A stretch of 64,000 bases of DNA from an uncultured Clostridia bacterium. GTDB lineage: Bacteria; Bacillota; Clostridia; TANB77; CAG-465. The DNA is taken from the NCBI GenBank assembly GCA_947625855.1, contig CANQPW010000003.1, forward strand, positions 33-64,032, given 5' to 3'. Position numbers and translations under genes: made by a program. The notes under the pieces are model-generated. The model saw nothing but the letters and a program-made list of their open reading frames with translations. It made no database searches and was not told where the DNA came from. Below are positions 1 through 13,343 of the stretch, in pieces. How positions within the stretch are numbered: position 1 is the stretch's first letter; each line of letters starts with the position of its first letter.

Positions 1-62
1 TACGGCTTTTTAGAATTATTTTTTTATTTCTCACTGAACTGTAACCCATATATTCATATTTT

Positions 63-1037
63 TTAATTTTGCATTAATATTTCTTGATTTTTTATTAAAT
101 CATAGTTTACGAGACTACTTCCATCTAAATCTTCTTTATACATATCCACACAAACAATTTGACTATTTTCATATGTCTTGTAATAATATATGCCTTTATC
201 CATATTGCAACAAGAGCTATATATAGTTATCTCATATTTATCTTCTCCCATATATACACATCCTCTTTGCTGATATACAGACTCTAATATATGAAAAAAC
301 TGACTTATACTTTCTATTTCTGATGTACCAGATATAGAATTTAATTTTGTAAATGTAGCTTTTACAAATCTTGAGGCAGATGACAAATCACCTGGCATTC
401 CAAGAGCTCCCATTCCTCTACTGTATGTTTGTAAATTAATTTTATCTGAGAAATTATTTACAGGTGGTTTTGTAGATAAGCTCATATAGTTGTTTAAATT
501 AAACATATGAATATCAAATGTAGGGTTATTTGTTAATACGCCTACTGGATTATCATATATCTTTAATCCTTCTTCTACACTTTCAACAGTTATTGATTGT
601 TCCTTATCTGATATTATAAAATGTAGTGGTGATGCAGGTAAATTATCACTAAAATTAATTAATGCAATGTTTACATTTTCAAGTAATTTTTTAACTTCTA
701 AAATATTAGAACATTGAGAAAGTACATAAGGAATAAACTCAAAAGGTGCTATATTTTGCATTCCTTCTTTTACTTCTTTATATTTTGCATTTTCTGGAAA
801 ATTTAAGCCTGCCATTCCAAGTCCTTTTTCATTTATTGCATCATAGTATAATGGATAATTATCTGATACATATGCCATCCCTATAATAGCATAATGATTT
901 TTAATGCTGTTTACTTTTCTAAAATTAAATTCATAATTTCTAGGTGTAATTGTAACTGTTTCATTATATGAATATTCAAGATCCAAATTTCTTCCAAAAT
1001 AATGATCTTTTGTATTATATGTTACTGCTGTACACAT
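63..1037 (-). CDS. bsh: Choloylglycine (bile salt) hydrolase, Ntn-hydrolase family
   Basis: 324-aa ORF starting MCTAV (Cys2 is the Ntn nucleophile). Full-length resemblance to Clostridium-type conjugated bile acid hydrolase: GRNLDLEYS, NEKGLGMAGLNFP, GVLTNNPTFD, GMPGDLSSASRF, KGIYYYKTYEN. Confidence 0.85.
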   Translation of the reverse strand: MCTAVTYNTKDHYFGRNLDLEYSYNETVTITPRNYEFNFRKVNSIKNHYAIIGMAYVSDNYPLYYDAINEKGLGMAGLNFPENAKYKEVKEGMQNIAPFEFIPYVLSQCSNILEVKKLLENVNIALINFSDNLPASPLHFIISDKEQSITVESVEEGLKIYDNPVGVLTNNPTFDIHMFNLNNYMSLSTKPPVNNFSDKINLQTYSRGMGALGMPGDLSSASRFVKATFTKLNSISGTSEIESISQFFHILESVYQQRGCVYMGEDKYEITIYSSCCNMDKGIYYYKTYENSQIVCVDMYKEDLDGSSLVNYDLIKNQEILMQN

Positions 1038-1101
1038 AAGATATTCCCCCTTTTTTTCTTATTCATTATAACATAAAAAAAAGAATTATTAAATAATAAT
1101 C

Positions 1102-1779
1102 CTATTTTATTATAGACAAAAGTATATTTAATAATTCTTTTTCATCAATTTTATTTGCATATATGCTATAATCTTTATCATCAAACTCAAAGGTTGCAAT
1201 ATATATATCATTATATTTATACACATAAACCTCATTATTATTTATAATAGTAGCCTCATTTTTTTTACTATTAATGTTATAATCAGTAAGTAGCATTCCT
1301 TTTTGAGAATATGTTATTTTAATATTTCTATCTCCATTTTCAAAACTATACACCTCATTATACTCATTTACTTTATCATCGCTTTCTAGACTTCCTGTTG
1401 CTAAATTATCATAGGTATTAATGTTATAATATTCCTTTAACTTAAATCCATCAGGCACATAAAATTTTTTATTATAATCTAAATCTTGTTTAGAGGTTTT
1501 ATCAATATTATTTAATGAATAAAATGATATACTATTATTATCTAATAAATTTAAATTAAATATTTCTCCTATTTTTTGATTTTCTATATCATTTGATATA
1601 ACTATTTTATATTGCCTTAAATTTATACTAAAAATAACAATTAATACAAAAACTAAAACAAAAGTTGGTACAATAACAAATTTAATCTTATTTTCTTTTC
1701 TTACTTTCTGCATTATAGCGTTATAATTTTTATCCTTATCAAATTTTTTATCAAGCTCATTTTTTAATTTTTCATTCAT
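1102..1779 (-). CDS. Membrane-anchored protein coupled to the sigma factor; candidate anti-sigma factor
   Basis: Preferred start is MNEKL (ATG 1777-1779) behind GAAGGTGA. It overlaps the sigma gene stop in ATGAATGA (translational coupling). One TM helix (FVIVPTFVLVFVLIVIF) follows a short cytoplasmic N-terminus. No recognisable catalytic motif. Confidence 0.45.
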   Translation of the reverse strand: MNEKLKNELDKKFDKDKNYNAIMQKVRKENKIKFVIVPTFVLVFVLIVIFSINLRQYKIVISNDIENQKIGEIFNLNLLDNNSISFYSLNNIDKTSKQDLDYNKKFYVPDGFKLKEYYNINTYDNLATGSLESDDKVNEYNEVYSFENGDRNIKITYSQKGMLLTDYNINSKKNEATIINNNEVYVYKYNDIYIATFEFDDKDYSIYANKIDEKELLNILLSIIK

Positions 1780-2311
1780 TTTTATCACCTTCAATATTTA
1801 CATTTTTCTTTATATCTTTTATTGTTCTGTATAAAACGTTTTTTACATTTGATATACTCATATTCATTTCTTCTGCAATTTCTGATATTTTTAAATTAAG
1901 ATAATAAAATAAATAAAATATTTTAATTATTTTTTCATCTTTACTTTTTATATAATTTAGTATTTTTTCAACATTTAACTTTGTAAATATCTCATCTTCT
2001 AAATCAAAATTTAAAGGAATATCAGTATCTTCCAAAATATCAGAATTACTAAAAACTATATGTTCTTTAGTTTTATATAGTTTGCCATAATATCTAAATA
2101 TTTGTTTTTTTGCTATACCAATTATATAATTTGAAATATTTTCTACTTCTATTTTTTTCTTTCTTTTTAATATTTTATATAATTCTACATATGTATCTTG
2201 TATCAAATCATTTACATCTTCAATATTTGAACATTTGCAAATAATATATTTTAACGTTTGATTATATGTTAAATTGTAAATATCTTTGAAGTCTTCTAAT
2301 AATACTTGCAT
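1772..2311 (-). CDS. Sigma-70 family (ECF-like) RNA polymerase sigma factor
   Basis: 179 aa with a region-2-like segment (LIQDTYVELYKIL) and a C-terminal region-4 HTH (LKISEIAEEMNMSISNVKNVLYRTIKDIKK). Confidence 0.75.
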   Translation of the reverse strand: MQVLLEDFKDIYNLTYNQTLKYIICKCSNIEDVNDLIQDTYVELYKILKRKKKIEVENISNYIIGIAKKQIFRYYGKLYKTKEHIVFSNSDILEDTDIPLNFDLEDEIFTKLNVEKILNYIKSKDEKIIKIFYLFYYLNLKISEIAEEMNMSISNVKNVLYRTIKDIKKNVNIEGDKNE

Positions 2312-2396
2312 CTTTTTCCCCTCTTTACTAAAAGTTATAACTAGTTTTAAAAAAGTTTCAAAAAAATCATCTATAAAGATGATTTTAAATATATTA

Positions 2397-3437
2397 TTAT
2401 ATTATTTTTCCTCCACCAACTACAATATCATCTAGATAAAATACCGCTGATTGTCCAGGTGTTATGGCTCGTACATCTTCTAAAAACTCAATCTTTATTT
2501 TATCATTTTCTTGATAAATTATAGCTTTAAAATCTTTAGTGGTATATCTTGTTTTAACATTAACTTCCATTTTTTCCTTAATTTCATCAAATAAAAGTAG
2601 ATTTATGTTATTAACATAAGCCTCCCTTTTATATAAATTTTTTTCTGTATCAACTATAACCTGATTTTTTTCTTTATTAAACCCCAGTACAAATAAAGGT
2701 TCTTTATATGATATCTTAAGTCCTTTTCTTTGCCCTATCGTATAATTATATAGTCCATTATGTCTTCCAAGTTTTGCACCACTTAAGTTTACAATGTCTC
2801 CTTCTTTTTTTACAATATCTGAATTTTTTTCTAAAAATTCCTTGTAATTTCCATCAGGTACAAAGCAAATATCTTCACTATCTTTTTTTTCTGCAACCTC
2901 TAAACCATTTTCTTTTGCAATCTTTCTTATCTCATCTTTACTTTCAAAATTTGAAAGTGGAAATATAACATGCTCTAAAATATCTTTTGGAATATTCCAC
3001 AACACATAACTTTGATCTTTGTAATAATTATCTGATTTTTTTAATACCCATTTTTGATATTTTTTACTATACTCAACTTTGGCATAATGACCTGTTGCTA
3101 TATACTCACATCCAAATTCTTTTGCTATATCATACATAGCCCCAAATTTTATATATCTATTACATTCTATACAAGGATTTGGAGTCATAGCATTTTTATA
3201 GCAATGTATAAAATCATCAATAACATACTTCTTAAATTTATCTTCTAAATCATATGATATATGTTTTATATCTAATTTTTCACATACCTTTTTTGCATCT
3301 TGAACATTTTTTGTATTATCACCATATAAATTTAAAGTTATGCCTAATACTTCAAAGCCTTGTTTTTTTAACAATAGCGCTGAAACAGAACTGTCAACGC
3401 CACCACTCATTCCAAGTAATACTTTTTTATTTTTCAT
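2397..3437 (-). CDS. mnmA: tRNA 2-thiouridine(34) synthase
   Basis: PP-loop GMSGGVDSS at the N-terminus, catalytic Cys contexts (NPCIECNRYIKFG, SEDICFV) and typical ~346-aa length. Confidence 0.9.
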   Translation of the reverse strand: MKNKKVLLGMSGGVDSSVSALLLKKQGFEVLGITLNLYGDNTKNVQDAKKVCEKLDIKHISYDLEDKFKKYVIDDFIHCYKNAMTPNPCIECNRYIKFGAMYDIAKEFGCEYIATGHYAKVEYSKKYQKWVLKKSDNYYKDQSYVLWNIPKDILEHVIFPLSNFESKDEIRKIAKENGLEVAEKKDSEDICFVPDGNYKEFLEKNSDIVKKEGDIVNLSGAKLGRHNGLYNYTIGQRKGLKISYKEPLFVLGFNKEKNQVIVDTEKNLYKREAYVNNINLLLFDEIKEKMEVNVKTRYTTKDFKAIIYQENDKIKIEFLEDVRAITPGQSAVFYLDDIVVGGGKII

Positions 3438-3523
3438 ATTTATACTATTTTTAAACCTTTCTTTTATACGCTAAAAATTATATCACATTTATGTAAATTA
3501 TACAACTGCTAATATATTAAAAT

Positions 3524-4546
3524 CTATATTAAACTTTGAGTAATTTTAAATTTATGATTATCATATTCTACCTTTGCATACGAACCATTTATAATTGTTA
3601 ATTGAGGTGGAACATGTCCAATATCTACATCATATATAATATCTATATCAAGACCTGCAAATGCCTTTTTTAAAGCATCTACTTTTGTAAAATATTGTGT
3701 ATCTTTTACAAAAGTCCTACCAACTAATACACCTTTTACATTATCAAACCAACCTACATTTCTCATAAGCCAAAGTTTTCTATAAAACTCCATAGGAGTT
3801 AATTCACAATTATCTATATACCAAATAATTCCTTCTTTAAACTGATTTGAAAATTTCTTTAAAAAGTCATATTTTGTTCCAATTAAAATAGATATTACAT
3901 CAATACAACCACCAATTATTCTACCTTCGAAACAAGCTTTATTTTTTTTATTATTAATCATTTTATAATTTACTTTTTTAGTTAAATTGTATCCTTTAAA
4001 ATTACCTTCTTTGTATTCTTCTTCCTCATATTTATCAAAATTTTCTTGAATAAATATTTTACTTTTTTTCACTAAAAAATCTAAAGTATTTTTAAGTGAT
4101 GCATGATAGTTTGATAAATTCATTGCATACTCACTTAAATTTTCAGCATGTAATGTAGAAATATTATATTTTGTTGTTAGATAAAACAGTAGTAAACTAG
4201 TATCAGAGTAGCCTTGTACAAATTTAATATCTTTTAGATTTTTTATTTCTTCTTCATACTCATCTAAATAAGGTATCATTTCCATCAAGAATTCTCCACC
4301 TCTTGCAGATATTATGTGCTTAACTTTTTTATCTTTAAAAAGTTCCATAAACTCATGTGCACGTGTTTTTCCATCGCAGCTAACTAATTTATGTGAATTT
4401 CTTGTATTTTTTGTTTCTTTTATATCATAGCCAAATTTTTTTAAATTATCTTCTGCTAAATCTATCTTCTCAAGATTTGCTCCATCAGATAATGCAACAA
4501 TTCCAATACAATCTCCATTTTTTAATTTTTCAGGATATTTTATCAT
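3524..4546 (-). CDS. LD-carboxypeptidase / MccF-like S66 peptidase
   Basis: 340 aa; GDCIGIVALS N-terminus, nucleophile context QGYSDTSLL, C-terminal DIGHVPPQ. This is the S66 Ser-His-Glu pattern. Confidence 0.7.
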   Translation of the reverse strand: MIKYPEKLKNGDCIGIVALSDGANLEKIDLAEDNLKKFGYDIKETKNTRNSHKLVSCDGKTRAHEFMELFKDKKVKHIISARGGEFLMEMIPYLDEYEEEIKNLKDIKFVQGYSDTSLLLFYLTTKYNISTLHAENLSEYAMNLSNYHASLKNTLDFLVKKSKIFIQENFDKYEEEEYKEGNFKGYNLTKKVNYKMINNKKNKACFEGRIIGGCIDVISILIGTKYDFLKKFSNQFKEGIIWYIDNCELTPMEFYRKLWLMRNVGWFDNVKGVLVGRTFVKDTQYFTKVDALKKAFAGLDIDIIYDVDIGHVPPQLTIINGSYAKVEYDNHKFKITQSLI

Positions 4547-4555
4547 AACTTCCTC

Positions 4556-5290
4556 CTAATCTAACTCATACATAATTATTGAAAGTAAATTTAGTGCAGC
4601 AGTTTCAGCTCTAAGTATTCGTGTTCCTAAACTTACAGTACACACATTTTTATTATTATTTAAAAAACTTTCAATTTCTGTTTTATCAAATCCACCTTCT
4701 GCACCAATAAATATAGCTACTTTTTTTACATTTCCGCTATTTTTTATACCACTTATTACGTTTTTTAATGATGTGTTATCATTTTCATATGCTATCATAC
4801 ATACATCATATTCATCTTCCAAATTTGTTATATTTTTAAACTCTACAAAATCTTCTACTTTTACATAATCTGTTCTTCCACATTGTTTGCATGCTTCATT
4901 TGCAATAACTCTCATTTTTTCAATTCTTTTTTCTCTTGATTTTTCATCTAATTTTACTACTACATTCCTAGAAAAAAATGGTATTATCCTACTTACACCA
5001 ATTTCAACAGCTTTTTGTATTACAAAGTCCATTTTTTCATTTTTTAACATACCCATATATAACGTTACATCAAGTGTTGGTACTCCAACAGATTTTGTAT
5101 TTTCTATTATTTCAAGCTCTATACTATGACTGTGCATTTTTAATATCTTACAGTCATATTGATTAACAATTATAACATCACCAATATTGTGCCTTAATAC
5201 TTGAATATGCTTTACTTCTTTACCAAATATTTCAAGTTTATTATTTTCCATTTTTAAATCATTTTCATTTACTATAAATCTTCTTGCCAT
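4556..5290 (-). CDS. rsmE: 16S rRNA (uracil1498-N3)-methyltransferase
   Basis: 244 aa starting MARRFIV; RsmE-type C-terminus (IGAEGGF...E, LGTRILRAETAAL). Confidence 0.85.
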   Translation of the reverse strand: MARRFIVNENDLKMENNKLEIFGKEVKHIQVLRHNIGDVIIVNQYDCKILKMHSHSIELEIIENTKSVGVPTLDVTLYMGMLKNEKMDFVIQKAVEIGVSRIIPFFSRNVVVKLDEKSREKRIEKMRVIANEACKQCGRTDYVKVEDFVEFKNITNLEDEYDVCMIAYENDNTSLKNVISGIKNSGNVKKVAIFIGAEGGFDKTEIESFLNNNKNVCTVSLGTRILRAETAALNLLSIIMYELD

Positions 5291-5405
5291 AAAAATCCTC
5301 CATTTTACTCAATTCATTTCCATTATACCACAAAGTAAAGCATTTAAAAAATATACCCAATTAAATATCACCTTTTTAGTGTATATTTTATTGAGTATAT
5401 CCTAA

Positions 5406-6266
5406 TTAATCTCTATTTATTTTTTCTGCAATTTCAACTAAATTTTCAACTAATGATACTACTGTTGTAAGACCTACACCACCAGGAACAGAGGTAACAT
5501 ATTTTACTTTTTCTAATACTCCTTGTGTATCTACATCTCCTTTTAATTTGCCATCAATTCTATTTATTCCAACATCAAGTACTACTGCACCTTCTTTTAC
5601 CATATCTTTTGTAACAAGATGTGGAACACCTGTTGCAACAATTAATATGTCAGCATTTCTTGTATAATCTTCCAAATTTTTAGTTTTAGAATGACAAACT
5701 GTAACCGTTGCATTACGATTAAGAAGTAAATGAATCATAGGTTTTCCAACAATTCTACTTCTACCAATAACTACTGCATTTTTTGATTTTAAGTCTATAT
5801 TTAAACTATCAAGTATTGTAATTATGCCTTTAGGTGTGCAAGATACTATTGTTTCATCACCTATTGCAAGTTTTCCTAAATTTAATGGATGAAATCCATC
5901 AACATCTTTATTTGGATTAATATTTAAAAGTATTTCTTCTTCATCTAAATGTTCAAATAAAGGTAATTGCACAAGTATACCATAAACGTTTTCATCTTGA
6001 TTTAGTTTATTTACAAGATCTAATATTTCCTGTTTTGTAACACTCTTATCAAAAGTATATTCATCCTCTAAAATTCCAAGTTCATCACAAAGTTTTCTTT
6101 TATTTGAAACATATATTCTTGAGGCATTATCATCATTTGCAAGTATTAAGGCAAGTTTTGGAAAAATATTTCTTTTATTTAATTCTTCAATTCTTCTTTT
6201 TAATTCTACTTTTTTGTTTTCTACAATCTCTTTTACATTTACAATTTCTCCCATTTTTATCACCAT
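5406..6266 (-). CDS. folD: Bifunctional methylenetetrahydrofolate dehydrogenase/cyclohydrolase
   Basis: LALILANDDNASRIYVSNKRK, VQLPL, DVDGFHP.N.GKL, VIGRS.IVGKP, TVCHSKT and PGGVG motifs. The start could instead be MGEIV at 6254. Confidence 0.9.
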   Translation of the reverse strand: MVIKMGEIVNVKEIVENKKVELKRRIEELNKRNIFPKLALILANDDNASRIYVSNKRKLCDELGILEDEYTFDKSVTKQEILDLVNKLNQDENVYGILVQLPLFEHLDEEEILLNINPNKDVDGFHPLNLGKLAIGDETIVSCTPKGIITILDSLNIDLKSKNAVVIGRSRIVGKPMIHLLLNRNATVTVCHSKTKNLEDYTRNADILIVATGVPHLVTKDMVKEGAVVLDVGINRIDGKLKGDVDTQGVLEKVKYVTSVPGGVGLTTVVSLVENLVEIAEKINRD

Positions 6267-6267
6267 T

Positions 6268-7044
6268 TTACCTTTCGTTTTCTTTTATAATTTTATCTAT
6301 TCCCATTTTAAAATACAAGGCTGAAGATTTTGGAGCAACTCTACTTGGAAGACCTAATTCCCACAATACTTTTTTATCTAAATTTTTAGCTACTTCAAAA
6401 TCAACACCACCAGGACGAGATGCAAGATCAATAATTAATACATCATTTTTTGTAAGCTTTAATCTTTCTTCATTTAATATCATACTTGGTATTGTATTAA
6501 AAATAATTTGCATATTTGATAAATTATTATTTAATTCATCTAAGCTTATACTATTATACCCCATTGCTTTAATTAAAGCAATATCTGTATCTTTTCTTGC
6601 TTCACAAAATATATTTACTCCAAAAGAGCTTAAATACTTTGCAAGTAATTTTCCAATTCTTCCAAAGCCTAATATACAAATATTTGAGCCATTTAATGTA
6701 TAATTTGTATTTTCTATTGCAATCTTTATTGCACCTTCAACAGTAGGAATTGCATTATATATTGCTATTTCATCTGATTGCATTAGGTCATAATATTTTA
6801 CATCTTTTAATTTTTCCTTTATTTTATCATTTAAACCTCCAGTTATAACAACTTTATTTTTTTTACTTGCAAATTCTACTAAATTATCTAATGTAATTAA
6901 TTCATCTGTTACTGTTTCACCATCTTTTGTTATTGGAATAGGTGTTATTATAATATCTGCATTTAATATATTTGTTATACTCTCTTTATATAACTCTTTT
7001 AAATATTGATTTCTTTTATCTTTTCCAAGAATACATATATTCAT
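6268..7044 (-). CDS. dpaA: Dipicolinate synthase subunit A (SpoVFA/DpaA) homologue
   Basis: Blocks closely match my recollection of B. subtilis SpoVFA: EIAIYNAIPTVEGAIKIAIENTNYTLNGS, GFGRIGK (Rossmann), FNTIPSMILNE, IDLASRPGGVDF, GLPSRVAPKS. No dpaB follows; the next gene is folD, 1 nt away. Confidence 0.7.
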   Translation of the reverse strand: MNICILGKDKRNQYLKELYKESITNILNADIIITPIPITKDGETVTDELITLDNLVEFASKKNKVVITGGLNDKIKEKLKDVKYYDLMQSDEIAIYNAIPTVEGAIKIAIENTNYTLNGSNICILGFGRIGKLLAKYLSSFGVNIFCEARKDTDIALIKAMGYNSISLDELNNNLSNMQIIFNTIPSMILNEERLKLTKNDVLIIDLASRPGGVDFEVAKNLDKKVLWELGLPSRVAPKSSALYFKMGIDKIIKENER

Positions 7045-7106
7045 AAAAAAATACCTCCTAAAACATATTAAAATATATTTTAAAAAAGGTACTTTTATTC
7101 ATAATT

Positions 7107-8270
7107 TTAAAAATGCAAAACAAAATCATATAATGCTTTATTCTTTTTTGATTCTTTTAAACTTTTTTCTGCCTTTTCTTTTACAAGCCTTACAAACTCT
7201 GAAAAATCATATAATTTATATCTGTTAATTCCCTCATTAAGTGCTACTTCTTCAAATATTGCTATCACCATATCATCTAAATTATATGCCTCTTTAACTT
7301 TAGTTTTACTTACTAACTCTTTTAGAGTTTTATCATAAAACACTTTATCTATATTTTCTCCTATATTATAGCTTACATTTACATCTTTAGTTAGTTTTAA
7401 TTTATAATCAAAACTAATATTTTTTATTCTACTATTTATCTTTTCATTAGATACACTTTTAAAGTAATATCTATATCCCTTTAATTTTTTAGTAAACCTT
7501 AATCCATCATAATATCCAAGTTTTAATAACTCATTTAAGTTTTTAGTATCAAAATTTAAAATACTAGGTAAAGTATCTTGTGGTGCTATCATATATATTT
7601 TGGCATTATTTCTTTTAATTATATCATCATAATTTCTAATTCTACTTAACTTTTTATACACTCTTACTGTAATAATATCAGTATATCCTTCCCCCTCAAG
7701 CATTTCTATTGGGCAAGGATCCCAAGCACCACCATCTATAAACTGCTTGTCATCAATTCTTGCTCTTTGAAATACTGGTAAATTTGATGTTGCAATTAAA
7801 TAATCAATTAATTTTCCTTTTGGAATATCCTCAATAAATAATTCTTGTGGTTTCATATCAGTAATACACATTGTAACAAGACCAAATCTAACATCTGACT
7901 TTCTTAGTTTTTTCTCATCAATAGTGTCTTCCATTATCTGACGCATTTTAGTTGTTGCAAGTCCTTTTTCTTTTATTATATTTCCTAACTTAGATGACAT
8001 ATATTTTACAGTATCCATATCTAAGTTTTTTTTCATTGCCTTTTCTAATTTTTCATTTTCTAAATCAAATAAATCAGAAAATGAAAGTGTTTTCCAAAGT
8101 TTATATAATTTTTTAAATTCTCCTTGTGCAAGATAGGCTGAGTTTATTGCACCAATAGATGTTCCAACCATTACATCAAATTCATATTCTGCTTCAAAAA
8201 GTGCTTTTACAACTCCAACTTGATATGCACCTTTTGCACCTCCACCTTCAAGTACTAAACCATATTTCAT
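7107..8270 (-). CDS. Patatin-like phospholipase
   Basis: Oxyanion GGGAKG, nucleophile GTSIG (GxSxG) and catalytic-dyad Asp in FIDGGAWD. The C-terminal ~150 aa have no motif I recognise. Confidence 0.8.
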   Translation of the reverse strand: MKYGLVLEGGGAKGAYQVGVVKALFEAEYEFDVMVGTSIGAINSAYLAQGEFKKLYKLWKTLSFSDLFDLENEKLEKAMKKNLDMDTVKYMSSKLGNIIKEKGLATTKMRQIMEDTIDEKKLRKSDVRFGLVTMCITDMKPQELFIEDIPKGKLIDYLIATSNLPVFQRARIDDKQFIDGGAWDPCPIEMLEGEGYTDIITVRVYKKLSRIRNYDDIIKRNNAKIYMIAPQDTLPSILNFDTKNLNELLKLGYYDGLRFTKKLKGYRYYFKSVSNEKINSRIKNISFDYKLKLTKDVNVSYNIGENIDKVFYDKTLKELVSKTKVKEAYNLDDMVIAIFEEVALNEGINRYKLYDFSEFVRLVKEKAEKSLKESKKNKALYDFVLHF

Positions 8271-8297
8271 AAAATCCCTCCTATACTTTAATATTTT

Positions 8298-9893
8298 TTA
8301 TAACATTGGAGCAAATGCAGTAAGTATTGCTTCCCATATCTTTTTTATAACAGACCTTTTCTTCCATTCATCATAATTAATTTCTATACAGCTCTTAAGA
8401 GTTGTTTCAAAATCTTCTTTTACCTTTAATTCTTCACCTGTTTTATACATATAATTTATACATTCAAAATTTAAGTGCATACTTCTAAAATCAAGATTTG
8501 CTGTTCCAACAATTGCTGTATAATCATCTGCTACAAAAGTTTTTGAATGAATAAACCCAGGTTCATATTCATATACCTTTACACCTGCTTCTAACAGTAC
8601 TTCATAATATGACCTTGTTACCTTTTGTACCATTTTTTTATCAGGTATATGTGGAAGTATAATTTTTACATCTACACCACTTCTTGCAGAATTTAAAAGT
8701 GCTGTTAACATAGCCTCACTGATTATAAAATAAGGGGTAGTAATATATATATAATCTTTTGCATTATTTATTGTCTGTATATATACACTTTCAATAGGAT
8801 TTTTTCTATTATCAGGTCCATCAGCTAAAGGTAGTACATATCCTTGTTTTGGATAAAGTAAATTCCATTTTACTTGCATTTTATCAGAAATATTTTTATA
8901 CCAGTTATAGTCTATCTCTGTTTTACTCATTTGTTCAAAAGTTCTTAGAAACATAAGTGTAAAACTCCAAGCACTATCTCCTACTATTTTTACTCCTACA
9001 TCTTTCCAATGTCCGTATTTTTCTATAATATTTACATATTCATCTGCAAGATTTACTCCACCAGTATATGCACATACTCCATCCACCACAACTATTTTTC
9101 TATGGTCTCTATAATTCATATATCCACTTATTAATACAGATATTTTGTTAAATACTTCTATATGTATTCCAGAATTTTCTAAATCTTCACGCATTTTTTT
9201 AGGAAATCTAAATAGTGTACCAAGTGAATCTACTATAAGTATTACTTTTACTCCTTCACGAGCTTTATTTTTTAATATTTCAAAAATTTCATTTGCTAGT
9301 TTTCCTGTTGAAACAATATAAAATTCCATTAAAATATATTTTTCTGCTTTTTGTAAATCTTTTTTTAAGCTTTCAAAAAACTTTTCACCAATACTAAAAT
9401 ATTCTACACCTTTATTTCTATATACAGGATAGCCAGTAACATTATTTATATATTTTATTTGATTTGCTTTATATTTATCATCTTTTGCAATTTCTTCATA
9501 TATTTCATCTATATTGCTTAAATATTCTTCTGTTCCAACTCTTACACGTCTTATCTCAAGTTCTCTTTTTTTCCTTAACTTACTATTTCCCCATAATACA
9601 AATGCAATAAGTCCTACAACCGGCATAAACATAATAAACAACATCCAAGATATTTTATATGCACTACTATCATGTCTGTATAATAAATATAATATTGCAC
9701 AAATTCTAATAATGTCATATACAACTCTTGCATATGTATATATACCTCTACCTGTCGTATAAAGTGCTATCATAAATACTACTTGTAATAAAAATAATAT
9801 TATAACTGATACTATTTTTATTACCGTGATAAATAATTTTTTTTCACCTTTTTTCTTTACAATTTTTTTATCATTTTCATTCATCTTTTCCAT
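8298..9893 (-). CDS. cls: Cardiolipin synthase
   Basis: Two N-terminal TM helices and two PLD HKD motifs (HRKIVVVDG...GGVNL and HSKTFVADD...GTANLD). Confidence 0.85.
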   Translation of the reverse strand: MEKMNENDKKIVKKKGEKKLFITVIKIVSVIILFLLQVVFMIALYTTGRGIYTYARVVYDIIRICAILYLLYRHDSSAYKISWMLFIMFMPVVGLIAFVLWGNSKLRKKRELEIRRVRVGTEEYLSNIDEIYEEIAKDDKYKANQIKYINNVTGYPVYRNKGVEYFSIGEKFFESLKKDLQKAEKYILMEFYIVSTGKLANEIFEILKNKAREGVKVILIVDSLGTLFRFPKKMREDLENSGIHIEVFNKISVLISGYMNYRDHRKIVVVDGVCAYTGGVNLADEYVNIIEKYGHWKDVGVKIVGDSAWSFTLMFLRTFEQMSKTEIDYNWYKNISDKMQVKWNLLYPKQGYVLPLADGPDNRKNPIESVYIQTINNAKDYIYITTPYFIISEAMLTALLNSARSGVDVKIILPHIPDKKMVQKVTRSYYEVLLEAGVKVYEYEPGFIHSKTFVADDYTAIVGTANLDFRSMHLNFECINYMYKTGEELKVKEDFETTLKSCIEINYDEWKKRSVIKKIWEAILTAFAPML

Positions 9894-9951
9894 GATATCC
9901 TCACTTTTTAATATATTTTTTATCCCTTTTAAACTATTTATACATTAAAAC

Positions 9952-13329
<3,378 letters not shown>

Positions 13330-13343
<14 letters not shown>

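Noticed and set aside
6104-6703. 199-aa plus-strand ORF, together with many other 60-140-aa plus-strand ORFs in the track (e.g. 59009..59431, 20859..21209, 14928..15263, 23841..24158, 47121..47402, 63717..63995).
   Set aside because: All lie antisense to well-supported minus-strand genes. They have low-complexity Phe/Leu/Ile/Ser-rich translations typical of shadow frames in AT-rich DNA, lack RBSs and have no recognisable motifs.
7107-9893. The patatin-like phospholipase considered as a defence-system effector (CBASS-type), given its uncharacterised C-terminal domain.
   Set aside because: No cyclase, nucleotide-sensor or other defence partner lies adjacent. The neighbours are cardiolipin synthase and housekeeping genes, so a membrane-lipid remodelling role is the simpler reading.
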